Positions 9,239 to 18,606 of a DNA stretch of 64,000 bases are shown piece by piece (position 1 is the stretch's first letter; each line of letters starts with the position of its first letter). This stretch comes from Escherichia phage GADS24: the sequence record OQ703618.1; one strand, written 5' to 3'. The notes beneath the pieces were generated by a model. The model saw only the letters and a program-made list of their open reading frames with translations, searched no databases and was not told the origin of the DNA. A program made the position numbers and the translations under genes.

Positions 9239-10174
9239 TTATTCTGCAAATAATTCAGTAACGTCTGAAATTACTTCATAACGACAAGTACGCATCTTAG
9301 CATCGCCGTAGTCAACTGGGATGGACACAACATCACGTGGATGAACTTTAACCTTAACAACTTTATCTGAGCTAGAACCAAAGTAACGAATATATGATTT
9401 AGCACAAACATGTAGACCACGGGAACAAGTTTGTGTATCATCATCGTTAACACGAGTACGAGGCATTGAAACAACTTTACCAGGTGAGTTATCAAATGTA
9501 CCACTATAGCAGTCTAAATAGTCCTTACGAACTACTTTCCACGCATAGAAATGCCCATCTTCAGTGATTTCAATATCGTTTGCAACCAAGAAGTCGAATA
9601 AACGTTGTACAGCTTTTTCGCTTGGGTTTTCTAACAGGTTTTCAAGGAATGGCAGATAGAATTTAAAGTCTTCGCCTTTTTCCATAGAATCAATAATACG
9701 ATTAACCAGCCCTGAACGAATCTCTATACCTTGATAAAATAAACTACCACCTTCAATAGTAACATTACCATCAACAAACTTAGTAATAGCTTTCTTGACG
9801 TTAATAAGTTCGACAGCTTTACTAAGGTTTCCTGCGACCAGATTAGCTTTAATTTCTTCAAAATTTGCATGACTTGATGGAGTCGCATTGTATGCTACGC
9901 GTCCTTCAATAATTGAAATAAATTTAGATGACGCGTTCCATACGATTTCAGGACGATGTCCGCCGATAATAGGTTCATCATTTTCTGGGACCTGTTCTTC
10001 GTCTTCAAATTCAGCTGCTTTCTCTTCAGCTTTAAAATTCTTAACAATCTTACGAAGAGTATCTGTTGAAATGTCGAAGTAATCGGCAATTTCTTTACGG
10101 GTCCATTTGCCTGATTCGACCAGGCCGTAAGCTTCTAACTGTTCTTCTTGGGGCAAGCATTTGATATTGTACAT
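9239..10174 (-). CDS. rIIB: rIIB protein (lysis inhibition / Rex exclusion)
   Basis: 311 aa (T4 rIIB 312 aa); immediately downstream of rIIA. Confidence 0.85.
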   Translation of the reverse strand: MYNIKCLPQEEQLEAYGLVESGKWTRKEIADYFDISTDTLRKIVKNFKAEEKAAEFEDEEQVPENDEPIIGGHRPEIVWNASSKFISIIEGRVAYNATPSSHANFEEIKANLVAGNLSKAVELINVKKAITKFVDGNVTIEGGSLFYQGIEIRSGLVNRIIDSMEKGEDFKFYLPFLENLLENPSEKAVQRLFDFLVANDIEITEDGHFYAWKVVRKDYLDCYSGTFDNSPGKVVSMPRTRVNDDDTQTCSRGLHVCAKSYIRYFGSSSDKVVKVKVHPRDVVSIPVDYGDAKMRTCRYEVISDVTELFAE

Positions 10175-10183
10175 AATGTTTCC

Positions 10184-12397
10184 TTATTTGGCCGCTTCCA
10201 CGGCCTTCATGAATTTAACGATTTGAGCGACCTGTTCTTTAGAAAGAGTACCACGTCGTCCCATGTATTCTGACACAATATGATAATTGGTTTCAAATTC
10301 AATAACCATTTTATCATCATTATCGTAAGCATTATCTTTAAGCTTATCGAAAATTTTAGCACACAGTTCTAACTTCCTGTTCAGGTCTCTGTTATTAGCA
10401 CCTGCGAATCGATTCCATCCCCAACGATTATTTACTGTTGAAAGTTTTGCAAAATCTTTACTGATTTCTTTGTTCTTAGAGCTAAAATACTTACTAAGGA
10501 AGTTAAGCTCTTCATTACGAGTAATATGGTTTAGATAGGGCTGTGCTCTACGACTTGGTGATACATACTCATCATAATCTACTTTATCGATTAGCGTAAT
10601 GTAGTCATTAATTGATTTTTCGAACAAGCATTCTACTTCACCAAGTTTACGAACTTTCTTAGCAATCTGTGGGCGGACCACAGTGAACTCTTTAATACCT
10701 GACAAATCGGCAATACGAGTCAAGAAACCAGAATCATAGTTCAACCAACCTTTATCTGCGTCAAGACATTCAGCATTAGAACGATTACGAACTATAGCAT
10801 AACCTTGGATTTCATCAGCTTCACTCGCCGGAATAAAGAGATCTTCTGATACCCAAACATCGTTTTCGTTCTTAAAGAACCGATGAGCACTTGGGGATTT
10901 AGGACGAGGCCCATTAGAACGAGTCTTGACTTCAATCCATGGCTTAACGATTTGTAAAAGCTCTGAAGTCTTGTACATGTTAATGTTGTCGCCATCAAAG
11001 ATAACTTTAAGGCGTTCCAGAAGTTTCATTGCATCTTCGTCTGTAGGGTCAACGAATAGTACGCTTTTACCAAAACCGCGTGGAACTTTACCGGTTAATT
11101 TAACCTCGTCTTTAGACATTTCAATTGAATTAAGAGCTCGCATTAATGGAACACGTCCCTTAACGTCGTCAATAACAATTTCAACGTTTTTAATGTTAAT
11201 GCCAATCAGACTGTTAATTGAAATAGTTGCAGATGAGCTACCACTTTCACGAATACGACGAAGACGAGGGTCTTCAATGATATCGTATACGACGCCGAGA
11301 TTACACCATTCGGGTCCCATTTTAAAACGTTTGTACAACTCAGAATAAGTTAGTTGTTCTTTAGAATATTTCAGAGATTCAATATTAGTCCCAGCCTTTT
11401 CCATGTATTTGCGAGCGGTATAGCCAAGAGAATCAATTTCACGGAACACATGACGCGGGTATTTACAATCAATCCATTTCTTAGAATCTTCAGCGAACAA
11501 TTTAGCATCGATTTCTGCAACGCGTTTATGGATATTTGCTACTGTACGTTTATCAAATGACAATGCTTCACGAGACGGGGCTACATCTAGTTCACCCATA
11601 GGGAATTTAATATAAGCTGTAGTGCATCGCGTCATCATCCATGTTTGTTCTTTAATAACACTTCCGATTGGATACACAATACCACCATAAACAGCCATGA
11701 TATTACCACGTTCACCCCATGGAGCTTCCTTGGCCAAATATACATCATCAAATTCAGGAAAGTATTTGATATCTTTAACACCACGAACTTCTGCAATATC
11801 ACCTAGAGGACGCATAACATAAGCAATTTCGGATGCGAACTTTTCAAAATCTTCTGGGTTAACAGGCACAACTACTTCAACGCCAGTCCGGTCATCAGGT
11901 CCCATCTTATCTACGAAGGTTGGCTTAATTTGTGGACCACTGTCATCTTGGTAGATTACGTAACCACGAACTTCACCATTGTGATAAGACGTAAGGTTAA
12001 ACGTATCGGTATATGCTAGTGGAGCTTTAGAGCCGAGTCCGAATCCACCAATGAAATCGTTACTCGATGTTTTAGTTGAAGCAAAATATGAGTTATAGAT
12101 TCCTGGCTCTTCGTCATTACCTCGAATGGTGAAATCACTCATACCAGGACCAAAGTCTCTAACTACAAAACGTGGGTCTAAACGACCTGGAGCCTGAACA
12201 ATAAACTTATCAGTGCAACCATTAAGAATTTGTCCATCGATACAGTTTGTGATTAATTCACGTACACAAGCCAATTCTTTGTTTGTATAAAGGTCATTAG
12301 ACAAAATCTTATAAACTTTGCTATTGCCTTGAATAGTAAATGCTGTGCTCTTACCGCCTGAGCCAATAATCGTTTCTTTAGCCGTTTCAATAATCAT
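10184..12397 (-). CDS. rIIA: rIIA protein
   Basis: 737 aa; N-terminus MIIETAKETIIGSGGKS..KVYKILSNDLYTNK resembles recalled T4 rIIA. Confidence 0.9.
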   Translation of the reverse strand: MIIETAKETIIGSGGKSTAFTIQGNSKVYKILSNDLYTNKELACVRELITNCIDGQILNGCTDKFIVQAPGRLDPRFVVRDFGPGMSDFTIRGNDEEPGIYNSYFASTKTSSNDFIGGFGLGSKAPLAYTDTFNLTSYHNGEVRGYVIYQDDSGPQIKPTFVDKMGPDDRTGVEVVVPVNPEDFEKFASEIAYVMRPLGDIAEVRGVKDIKYFPEFDDVYLAKEAPWGERGNIMAVYGGIVYPIGSVIKEQTWMMTRCTTAYIKFPMGELDVAPSREALSFDKRTVANIHKRVAEIDAKLFAEDSKKWIDCKYPRHVFREIDSLGYTARKYMEKAGTNIESLKYSKEQLTYSELYKRFKMGPEWCNLGVVYDIIEDPRLRRIRESGSSSATISINSLIGINIKNVEIVIDDVKGRVPLMRALNSIEMSKDEVKLTGKVPRGFGKSVLFVDPTDEDAMKLLERLKVIFDGDNINMYKTSELLQIVKPWIEVKTRSNGPRPKSPSAHRFFKNENDVWVSEDLFIPASEADEIQGYAIVRNRSNAECLDADKGWLNYDSGFLTRIADLSGIKEFTVVRPQIAKKVRKLGEVECLFEKSINDYITLIDKVDYDEYVSPSRRAQPYLNHITRNEELNFLSKYFSSKNKEISKDFAKLSTVNNRWGWNRFAGANNRDLNRKLELCAKIFDKLKDNAYDNDDKMVIEFETNYHIVSEYMGRRGTLSKEQVAQIVKFMKAVEAAK

Positions 12398-12409
12398 ATT
12401 TTTCTCTCA

Positions 12410-12610
12410 TCACAAGTTACGTTTAAAAATTTCTGCTACTTCAAGAAGTTCTTCTTTAGTAGCTGTATCGGTTTGTATTTTATATCGAATTTCTTTAAAG
12501 CGTTCTTTAAAGGACTCTGCTGACTCGATATCAAAAAATCTTTGGATAAGCCGGAATTCCCGGAGCACCGCTTTATCAAAAAGGTCCAAGTCCACGTTAT
12601 ATGTTCTCAT
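12410..12610 (-). CDS. Hypothetical protein (rIIA.1-like, 66 aa)
   Basis: Small ORF directly upstream of rIIA with SD GAAGAGAA. Confidence 0.5.
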   Translation of the reverse strand: MRTYNVDLDLFDKAVLREFRLIQRFFDIESAESFKERFKEIRYKIQTDTATKEELLEVAEIFKRNL

Positions 12611-12702
12611 AATATTCTCTTCAGTAGATTCCTAGGGCACTATTATTAAAGACCATATAATCTATCATCTTATGTGTAATAGTGCCTCAGGCGATTCAGG
12701 AT

Positions 12703-13803
12703 TTACGCTGTGAAGATTTTATCCCACATCGCAACAACTGCATCTCGGTTATACTTCTTCCATACTGCTTCAGCGCGTTTAACTCGAGCTTCGTATGTGT
12801 CAGTGAATTCTAATACAGCTTTTGTGTAAAGCGCAACTACTTCTTTCTTAGGAGTAGAGGAATCAATTTCTACACGCACAGTATCTGGGTCGTATTCGAA
12901 TGTCGCATGAGGATAATCCTTAAAAACTAACTGGATTACAGGGACACCTTTAGAGATGGCTTCAATAGAACTATTCTCTACTGTACCTGTGTCAGGACAC
13001 GTATTAATAAGTGCTTTAGCTGTTTTAAGACGTTCCATGATTTCACTGTGTGGAGCATCAATAATAACAGGATATTTAGCTGGTGGTGCCCATTTACTAG
13101 GACAGTATCCTACACCATTTTCGCCTAGTGCTTTAATCGCTTCAAGAGCAACATCAGTACGACGCATTTTAGTGTCATAACGTTGTGCACTAATAATCAA
13201 ATCAGTTGCCGGGAGAACTTCTGGTTTTTCAGTCAAACAAATAACCGGATAATCTTCGGCTTCAAACAACGGATTTGCTCGCCAATAATCATAATCAATT
13301 TTGTCAGTCAGACCTGAAGTCATATAACAATATTTGCGTTCAAATTCACGGAAGGCTTTAGTAGGAGCATAACTCTTACCACCATTCTTATGAATTTGAA
13401 TAGTCTGGTCCCAAATTTGAACAATGCCACGAGATACCGGTTCAAATGGTGTTGCCATAAAATTCTTATGAACTTTAGAGAGACCTGCGTCTTTAATTGC
13501 CTGAACGGTTAGTTTAGTCGGTTCCATAGTAACAACAAAATCGTATTCATGTATGCCGGCTAGTTCGACAATCTTACGAGCCATAGTATAACTCATACCT
13601 AGACTGAATTTAGTCAGATGTCCAACAGGGTGGTGTGTAACTTTCCAGTCACCAAACGTGTCATTATCAAAGCCGATATAATCAATATCAGCACCGATGG
13701 ACACAAGATATTTCAACACATTTAAATGTACTGCTTCAAGACCACCTTGTACACGGTCAGGATTAAATGGGACTGCACGAGATGGGATAAACATAACTTT
13801 CAT
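12703..13803 (-). CDS. GT-B fold glycosyltransferase; candidate hmC-DNA sugar transferase (arabinosyltransferase-like)
   Basis: 366 aa; C-terminal GT4-like E-x7-E motif (VENSSIEAISKGVPVI); lies between rIIA.1 and gene 39 where T4 has gene 60; no alpha/beta-gt elsewhere in the window. Confidence 0.75.
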   Translation of the reverse strand: MKVMFIPSRAVPFNPDRVQGGLEAVHLNVLKYLVSIGADIDYIGFDNDTFGDWKVTHHPVGHLTKFSLGMSYTMARKIVELAGIHEYDFVVTMEPTKLTVQAIKDAGLSKVHKNFMATPFEPVSRGIVQIWDQTIQIHKNGGKSYAPTKAFREFERKYCYMTSGLTDKIDYDYWRANPLFEAEDYPVICLTEKPEVLPATDLIISAQRYDTKMRRTDVALEAIKALGENGVGYCPSKWAPPAKYPVIIDAPHSEIMERLKTAKALINTCPDTGTVENSSIEAISKGVPVIQLVFKDYPHATFEYDPDTVRVEIDSSTPKKEVVALYTKAVLEFTDTYEARVKRAEAVWKKYNRDAVVAMWDKIFTA

Positions 13804-13814
13804 AATTAAGCCTT

Positions 13815-13847
13815 ATTAAAATTAAAATGAAGCTCCCGAAGGAGCTT
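13815..13847 (-). terminator. Hairpin at the 3' end of gene 39 (terminator/attenuator-like)
   Basis: AAGCUCC-UUCG-GGAGCUU followed by an A/T-rich run; overlaps the last codons of gene 39. Confidence 0.35.
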
Positions 13848-15663
13848 AGGACATCCATTCTTTACGAAGTTCTGAATCATCACCCAACAACATTTCAAAG
13901 AGTTCTTTCCAGTTTTCAGGAAGTTTAACTACGTCGTACACAGGGTTCTGAATCATTTCACGATATTCTGACTTTTCAAGGGAGCCTAATCCCTTGATGT
14001 ATCGAATACTATGCTTAGGCAGTGTATCTTTAACTTCTTCATACTCAGCTACAGTATAAAACCATTTTTGAGTTTTGCCAATTTGTGCAATAATTACAGG
14101 CGTTTTAACAAAGCGAATACGTCCTTGTTCAAACAATTCAGGCCAATTACTAAAGAAAGCAAGCAAAGCCGGATAAATACTTCCAAGGCCGTCATGATCG
14201 GCATCGGTCATAATTGCAATATTACGATAGTTCGTATTCTCTGCCTTTTCACCAAGAATAAGACCTGTGATAGCACAGATATCAAAGAGCTCTTTGTTCT
14301 TCATCATATCAGCATATGACATACCCCAGCTATTCATCACCTTACCACGTAATGGGAATCCACCGTGTAGTTCACGGTCACGAACATCAATGAGATAACC
14401 AATTGCCGAATCACCTTCTGTTAAGAACAATGTCGTATCTGCATCTTTACCACATTGGTTAGCTTTAATATGCTTATGAACCTTAGCTTTAGTTGCCTTT
14501 TTAGCTGCTTTAGTTTCTGCAGCCTTTTCTGCTGCCAATTTACGAGCTAATGCTGCTTCAACAATAGGCATAATCAAGGCTTCGTTTTTAAGAAGTGCCT
14601 GAGCAATTTTCTTAGCATCTAATTGGATATGATTACGAATATCACCATACGTTGACGTTAATCGTTCTTTAGTCTGAGAATCAAAACGCATGTTGCTCAT
14701 GTCTCTAATAAACATCAACATTGTGAGGCATTCTTTAACACGAGCTTTAGTGACTTCAATACCCTTATATTTCTTTTTAATACCAGGCAAAAGATGTTCG
14801 CAGATATCATCCATTACACATTCAACATGATGACCACCGTTTTTAGTATGGATGTTATTCACATAAGTTAAATGACGGAAGCCGTCTGGTGATGTTGTGA
14901 ATGCTATAGAGACTTTATCATTTTCTTGAATGATGTTATCTTCGCCAAATTGTTTAGCAAATCGTTTAAAATTACCATCAACCTTTTTACCATTAAATGT
15001 GAACTTGATATCAGGATAAACGACTGCCAATGTTTGAAGTCGGTCTAAAGTAATATCTAAATAAATTTGAGATAAATTATGCTCTTCAAACGAAGAGAAA
15101 TCAGGAGTGAAGATTACTTTAGTGCCTTTACCTTTAGATTTCTTAGAAGACCATGATTTGTTTTCCATTCCGTTTGAACAGTTAACAGTGATTTCATTTT
15201 CGCCATCCGACGTGATGCCTGTAAACAACGTGGAGAAGATATTAGTTAAACTACTCCCGACGCCGTTCATACCACCAGTCTTGCGTTCAGAGTCATCACC
15301 AAAGTTACCACCGGCCTTTGGAATAGTCCAGGCTGCTACAGGCCCAGGAATTTGTTCACCTGTTTGGTCGGTAACTAAACCTTGAGGAATACCACGTCCG
15401 TTATCTTCCACCGAAACTTGATTATTTTTAATTTGCACATCAATTTTATTTGCAAACTTAAATGATGTACGAATAGCTTCATCAACCGAGTTGTCAATAA
15501 TCTCATCGATTAATTTAACCAGACCAGGAACATATTCAACTTGTTGATATTTACCAAACAAAAAACGCTCATGGGCTTCTTTAGCAGAAGAACCAATATA
15601 CATACCACTACGTTTCTTAATATGTTCTACATCTGACAATACCTTAATTTCATTTTTAATCAT
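13846..15663 (-). CDS. 39: DNA topoisomerase II large subunit (single 39+60 polypeptide, GyrB-like ATPase)
   Basis: 605 aa; GHKL ATPase and TOPRIM motifs (GLVKLIDEIIDNSVDE, TEGDSA, DADHDG); T4 gene order. Confidence 0.9.
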   Translation of the reverse strand: MIKNEIKVLSDVEHIKKRSGMYIGSSAKEAHERFLFGKYQQVEYVPGLVKLIDEIIDNSVDEAIRTSFKFANKIDVQIKNNQVSVEDNGRGIPQGLVTDQTGEQIPGPVAAWTIPKAGGNFGDDSERKTGGMNGVGSSLTNIFSTLFTGITSDGENEITVNCSNGMENKSWSSKKSKGKGTKVIFTPDFSSFEEHNLSQIYLDITLDRLQTLAVVYPDIKFTFNGKKVDGNFKRFAKQFGEDNIIQENDKVSIAFTTSPDGFRHLTYVNNIHTKNGGHHVECVMDDICEHLLPGIKKKYKGIEVTKARVKECLTMLMFIRDMSNMRFDSQTKERLTSTYGDIRNHIQLDAKKIAQALLKNEALIMPIVEAALARKLAAEKAAETKAAKKATKAKVHKHIKANQCGKDADTTLFLTEGDSAIGYLIDVRDRELHGGFPLRGKVMNSWGMSYADMMKNKELFDICAITGLILGEKAENTNYRNIAIMTDADHDGLGSIYPALLAFFSNWPELFEQGRIRFVKTPVIIAQIGKTQKWFYTVAEYEEVKDTLPKHSIRYIKGLGSLEKSEYREMIQNPVYDVVKLPENWKELFEMLLGDDSELRKEWMS

Positions 15664-15704
15664 GTTGTCTCCTCGTTATGAAGGTATTCTATCATCCGAA
15701 ATCT

Positions 15705-15726
15705 AAAGCAAAAAGGGCCGAAGCCC
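15705..15726 (-). terminator. Rho-independent terminator upstream of gene 39
   Basis: GGGC-UUCG-GCCC followed by TTTTTGCTTT. Confidence 0.5.
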
Positions 15727-16086
15727 TTATTTAAATTTAATTTTCTGAAGTGCATCAATTGCAGCCAAACGCCCTTGTTCACTTTTAACTGTAATGACCA
15801 CATCGCCTGATACGATCACCGAACCATCAACAAATTCTATAGAGCCTTTTTTGAAATCGACCGCTGTATCTGGTTCCGGAACTTCTTCAAAGAATTTAAA
15901 TTCTGCACCATAAAGCAGAATATCACCTTGCATACTATGAATAGTTCGACCATAATCACCTACGGCTTCTACAGCAATAACAGAAACGCCGTAACCAATC
16001 ATCTCTTCCACAATAAAATCTTTGGACAATAAAGTAGTATGCAGATTAGTATTAAGACGTTTACCAGTCGTATTAAGAAGTCTCAA
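15727..16086 (-). CDS. Hypothetical protein (39.1-like); start uncertain (TTG in track)
   Basis: ORF upstream of gene 39 followed by a UUCG-loop terminator; a short ATG ORF in another frame lies just upstream. Confidence 0.45.
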   Translation of the reverse strand: MRLLNTTGKRLNTNLHTTLLSKDFIVEEMIGYGVSVIAVEAVGDYGRTIHSMQGDILLYGAEFKFFEEVPEPDTAVDFKKGSIEFVDGSVIVSGDVVITVKSEQGRLAAIDALQKIKFK

Positions 16087-16338
16087 GAAATTATCTTCTT
16101 GTCCTTTGATAATACGATATATTTCTTACCAATTTCAAAACCTTTAAAAGCCATAATTAACCCTTCTTAAGTAAGTCGTAAAAACCACCATTTACATGTT
16201 TAGGAGCAGAAACCCGACGAGTAGACAGACGATGACATTCAGGGCAAACATCGTTTTCTCGTTCAGAGATCCTTTTAATTTTTTCATATTCATGACCACA
16301 ATCTTCAGATTGACATTTATAGTCGTATAACGGCATTA

Positions 16339-16749
16339 TTATTCCTTAAAATGTGCTTTCAACATTTGATACAAAGACCATGCCTGGTCGGTATTTTCGA
16401 TAGTAATCGTCATCACCGGAAATTCAGACAATTCGTCAAGTTCACCAGAATCTTGCTCTTCAGACGCTTGATACGGATTTCCAACTTCGTCAAAGAACTC
16501 TGCTTCATTCGTAGAGAGCCAGATAAAGTTTTCATCAAGGATATCACCACCTGTTGCGTATCCAACCGCACCAGTAGATGTTAAAATTTTAGTAGGACGT
16601 CCGAGATGGTCAACATCTAAAATTTTAAAAGGTTCCATGCCAAGACGTCGTGCATAAATCCCATTATCAGTGTGGTCTTTAATAAACTCTTCTTGGGCCC
16701 GTTTATCTATAAATTGGTACCATGAGTTAACGCGGAATTTATTAGCCAT
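16339..16749 (-). CDS. Hypothetical acidic protein (about 136 aa)
   Basis: Trimmed to MANKFRVN with SD GGAAGGAAA; TAATG overlap with upstream ORF. Confidence 0.5.
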   Translation of the reverse strand: MANKFRVNSWYQFIDKRAQEEFIKDHTDNGIYARRLGMEPFKILDVDHLGRPTKILTSTGAVGYATGGDILDENFIWLSTNEAEFFDEVGNPYQASEEQDSGELDELSEFPVMTITIENTDQAWSLYQMLKAHFKE

Positions 16750-16976
16750 TAGTAAGTTTCCTTCCAATAAGTTGTACCATTTTCAGTGATTTCACGGAAG
16801 ATGCCATAGATAGGCATTTCGTCACCGAGTTTTTCGTAAACGTAAACCACTTCGGTGTAGCATAAAAATTCAGTCCAGCTTTTTTGTACAACAACTAAAT
16901 CAGGATTAAACAGAACATCTTCAAACTCATTGATGTTTGAATCAGTAGTTACGTTTTTAATGATTTGACGTTTCAT
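16749..16976 (-). CDS. Hypothetical protein (about 75 aa)
   Basis: Trimmed to MKRQIIKN with SD AAGAGGAGAA; early-promoter cassette immediately upstream. Confidence 0.45.
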   Translation of the reverse strand: MKRQIIKNVTTDSNINEFEDVLFNPDLVVVQKSWTEFLCYTEVVYVYEKLGDEMPIYGIFREITENGTTYWKETY

Positions 16977-16994
16977 AATATTCTCCTCTTGTTT

Positions 16995-17035
16995 TGATAG
17001 GTCTATAGTATCATAGACCATAGTTGTTGTACATC
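16995..17035 (-). promoter_or_regulatory. Early promoter/stem-loop cassette
   Basis: Minus strand TGTACA..GGTCTATG-ATACTA-TAGACCTATCAAAAC. Confidence 0.45.
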
Positions 17036-17558
17036 ATTTTAGCAAAATAAAATCAACTTGTTCTGCCAATGAACGTCTGAACATTAATTGACAACTTCCG
17101 AGGATGAAATCAGGTGCTTCATAGACCGCGATGTAGTATCCTTTAGCTTTCAAGAGTTCAACATCCACCTGGTCATCAAACCATGCATAAACCGCGTCAA
17201 CACTTTCAAATCCAAAATAGAACCCTTGAGCCCAATCTTCGCTCAATTCAAATGCGTGATCAATTCTATAGTATCTTAAGATATTTTGTTCAAGGAGTTT
17301 GTCTTCATTTACTGTAGGACGATTAGGGACATTATAGTTGTCGCCGTGATGGTAGAAGTTACCTGAGAGTATTCCATGCTTATCAAGGAACTCCCATGTT
17401 TCTTCAGAGTTGTCGGTGCCCGACCAACCGTATGGCGAGCGAGGTTCTTTATTCCAAGAGGTTTCCCAAATTCTGACGGCTTTACCGTCTTCGATAGCAA
17501 TTCCAGGTAATGATTCACGTTGAGTACAAAAACTACGTTCTACGCGGTAAACTAACAT
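17034..17558 (-). CDS. Hypothetical protein (174 aa)
   Basis: Minus-strand ORF preceded by an early-promoter cassette with SD. Confidence 0.55.
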   Translation of the reverse strand: MLVYRVERSFCTQRESLPGIAIEDGKAVRIWETSWNKEPRSPYGWSGTDNSEETWEFLDKHGILSGNFYHHGDNYNVPNRPTVNEDKLLEQNILRYYRIDHAFELSEDWAQGFYFGFESVDAVYAWFDDQVDVELLKAKGYYIAVYEAPDFILGSCQLMFRRSLAEQVDFILLK

Positions 17559-17571
17559 ATTATTCTCCTCT

Positions 17572-17612
17572 GGTTGATATGGTTATAATATCAAAACCAG
17601 AGGAGAAGTAAA
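17572..17612 (-). promoter_or_regulatory. Early promoter cassette
   Basis: Minus strand GTTTAC-17 nt-TATTAT upstream of SD AGAGGAGAA. Confidence 0.45.
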
Positions 17613-17617
17613 CAACT

Positions 17618-18037
17618 TTATGCAAAAGCAGCTGGGCTATATTTTTTAATTTGGAATTCAGGAACTACCATGAACTGTCCAGCGAAAACGATGTTATAAA
17701 GCTTGACACCATCTTCTACCCAACGGTCGCTAATAAATCCAGCGATTTGCTTAGTTTTCCACGGCGTTCCATCAGTTGCCGCAGCAATAGTGAATTCATG
17801 GTCTTTTTCAACAGAAACTGATCTGCATAGTCCCCATTTGAACGCTTTTTCTTCTGGTTCAATGAATTGGCTTTTAACGTAGCCAATATTACCATTAGCA
17901 TCACGAACTTTAACTTGGTTACGGCCAAAAACCGGATCACTCACAGAAAGAACTTCAACCAACTTCCCGGCAACTTTAGAGCGAGAAGCAACAGATACAT
18001 ATACGTAATCACCTGTAGAGAGATTTACAATATTCAT
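17618..18037 (-). CDS. Paralog family member A (139 aa), unknown function
   Basis: Shares N-terminal ASRSKxAGxLVEV and C-terminal FISDxWVEDGxKLYNIVFxGxFxVV motifs with the two adjacent ORFs. Confidence 0.55.
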   Translation of the reverse strand: MNIVNLSTGDYVYVSVASRSKVAGKLVEVLSVSDPVFGRNQVKVRDANGNIGYVKSQFIEPEEKAFKWGLCRSVSVEKDHEFTIAAATDGTPWKTKQIAGFISDRWVEDGVKLYNIVFAGQFMVVPEFQIKKYSPAAFA

Positions 18038-18046
18038 AATAATTCC

Positions 18047-18544
18047 TTAAGCTTTACGAGGAGACACATAGCGAGTGATTTCAGATTCTTTAACAACTCG
18101 GAAGTCACCTAAGAATACGATATTGTATAACTTTTCACCATCTTCAACCCATTGGTCACTAATGAAGCCACACATAATATCAGTTTTGCTTGGATATCCG
18201 TATTCGTCGATGTAATCAAATTCTTTATCGGTTATAAATTCAACGCCTTTGCAAAGGGCCCATTTAAACTGTGTAGTAGGCTCAACGATATCGTTTGAAG
18301 CAAAGTGTGCAGGTGCAACTTCTTCGCTTGAAGCAAATTGGACTCGTATATGTTTTTCCAGGAATTTAGGACTTACGTAAGCATACTGGGCATCTTGTCC
18401 GCCAAAACTAGGAATGATTCGAACTTTAACTTCTTTAATACGTCCCATGCCATTTGTGCGAAGTCCGACAACTTCAACCAGACGACCTGCGGCTTTAGAC
18501 CGGGATGCAGTTGATACACGTTTAATTTCACCAATAGTAATCAT
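18047..18544 (-). CDS. Paralog family member B (about 165 aa from internal ATG)
   Basis: Same motifs as 17618-18037; trimmed to MITIGEIKRV with SD; own promoter cassette upstream. Confidence 0.55.
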   Translation of the reverse strand: MITIGEIKRVSTASRSKAAGRLVEVVGLRTNGMGRIKEVKVRIIPSFGGQDAQYAYVSPKFLEKHIRVQFASSEEVAPAHFASNDIVEPTTQFKWALCKGVEFITDKEFDYIDEYGYPSKTDIMCGFISDQWVEDGEKLYNIVFLGDFRVVKESEITRYVSPRKA

Positions 18545-18561
18545 ATTTTTTCTCTCTTTGT

Positions 18562-18604
18562 TTAAGTTGAATTCATTATACTCCATCCATCCTTGGATGT
18601 ACAA
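18562..18604 (-). promoter_or_regulatory. Early promoter cassette (CCAAGGATGG spacer family)
   Basis: Minus strand TTGTAC-ATCCAAGGATGGATGGAG-TATAAT. Confidence 0.5.
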
Positions 18605-18606
18605 CA

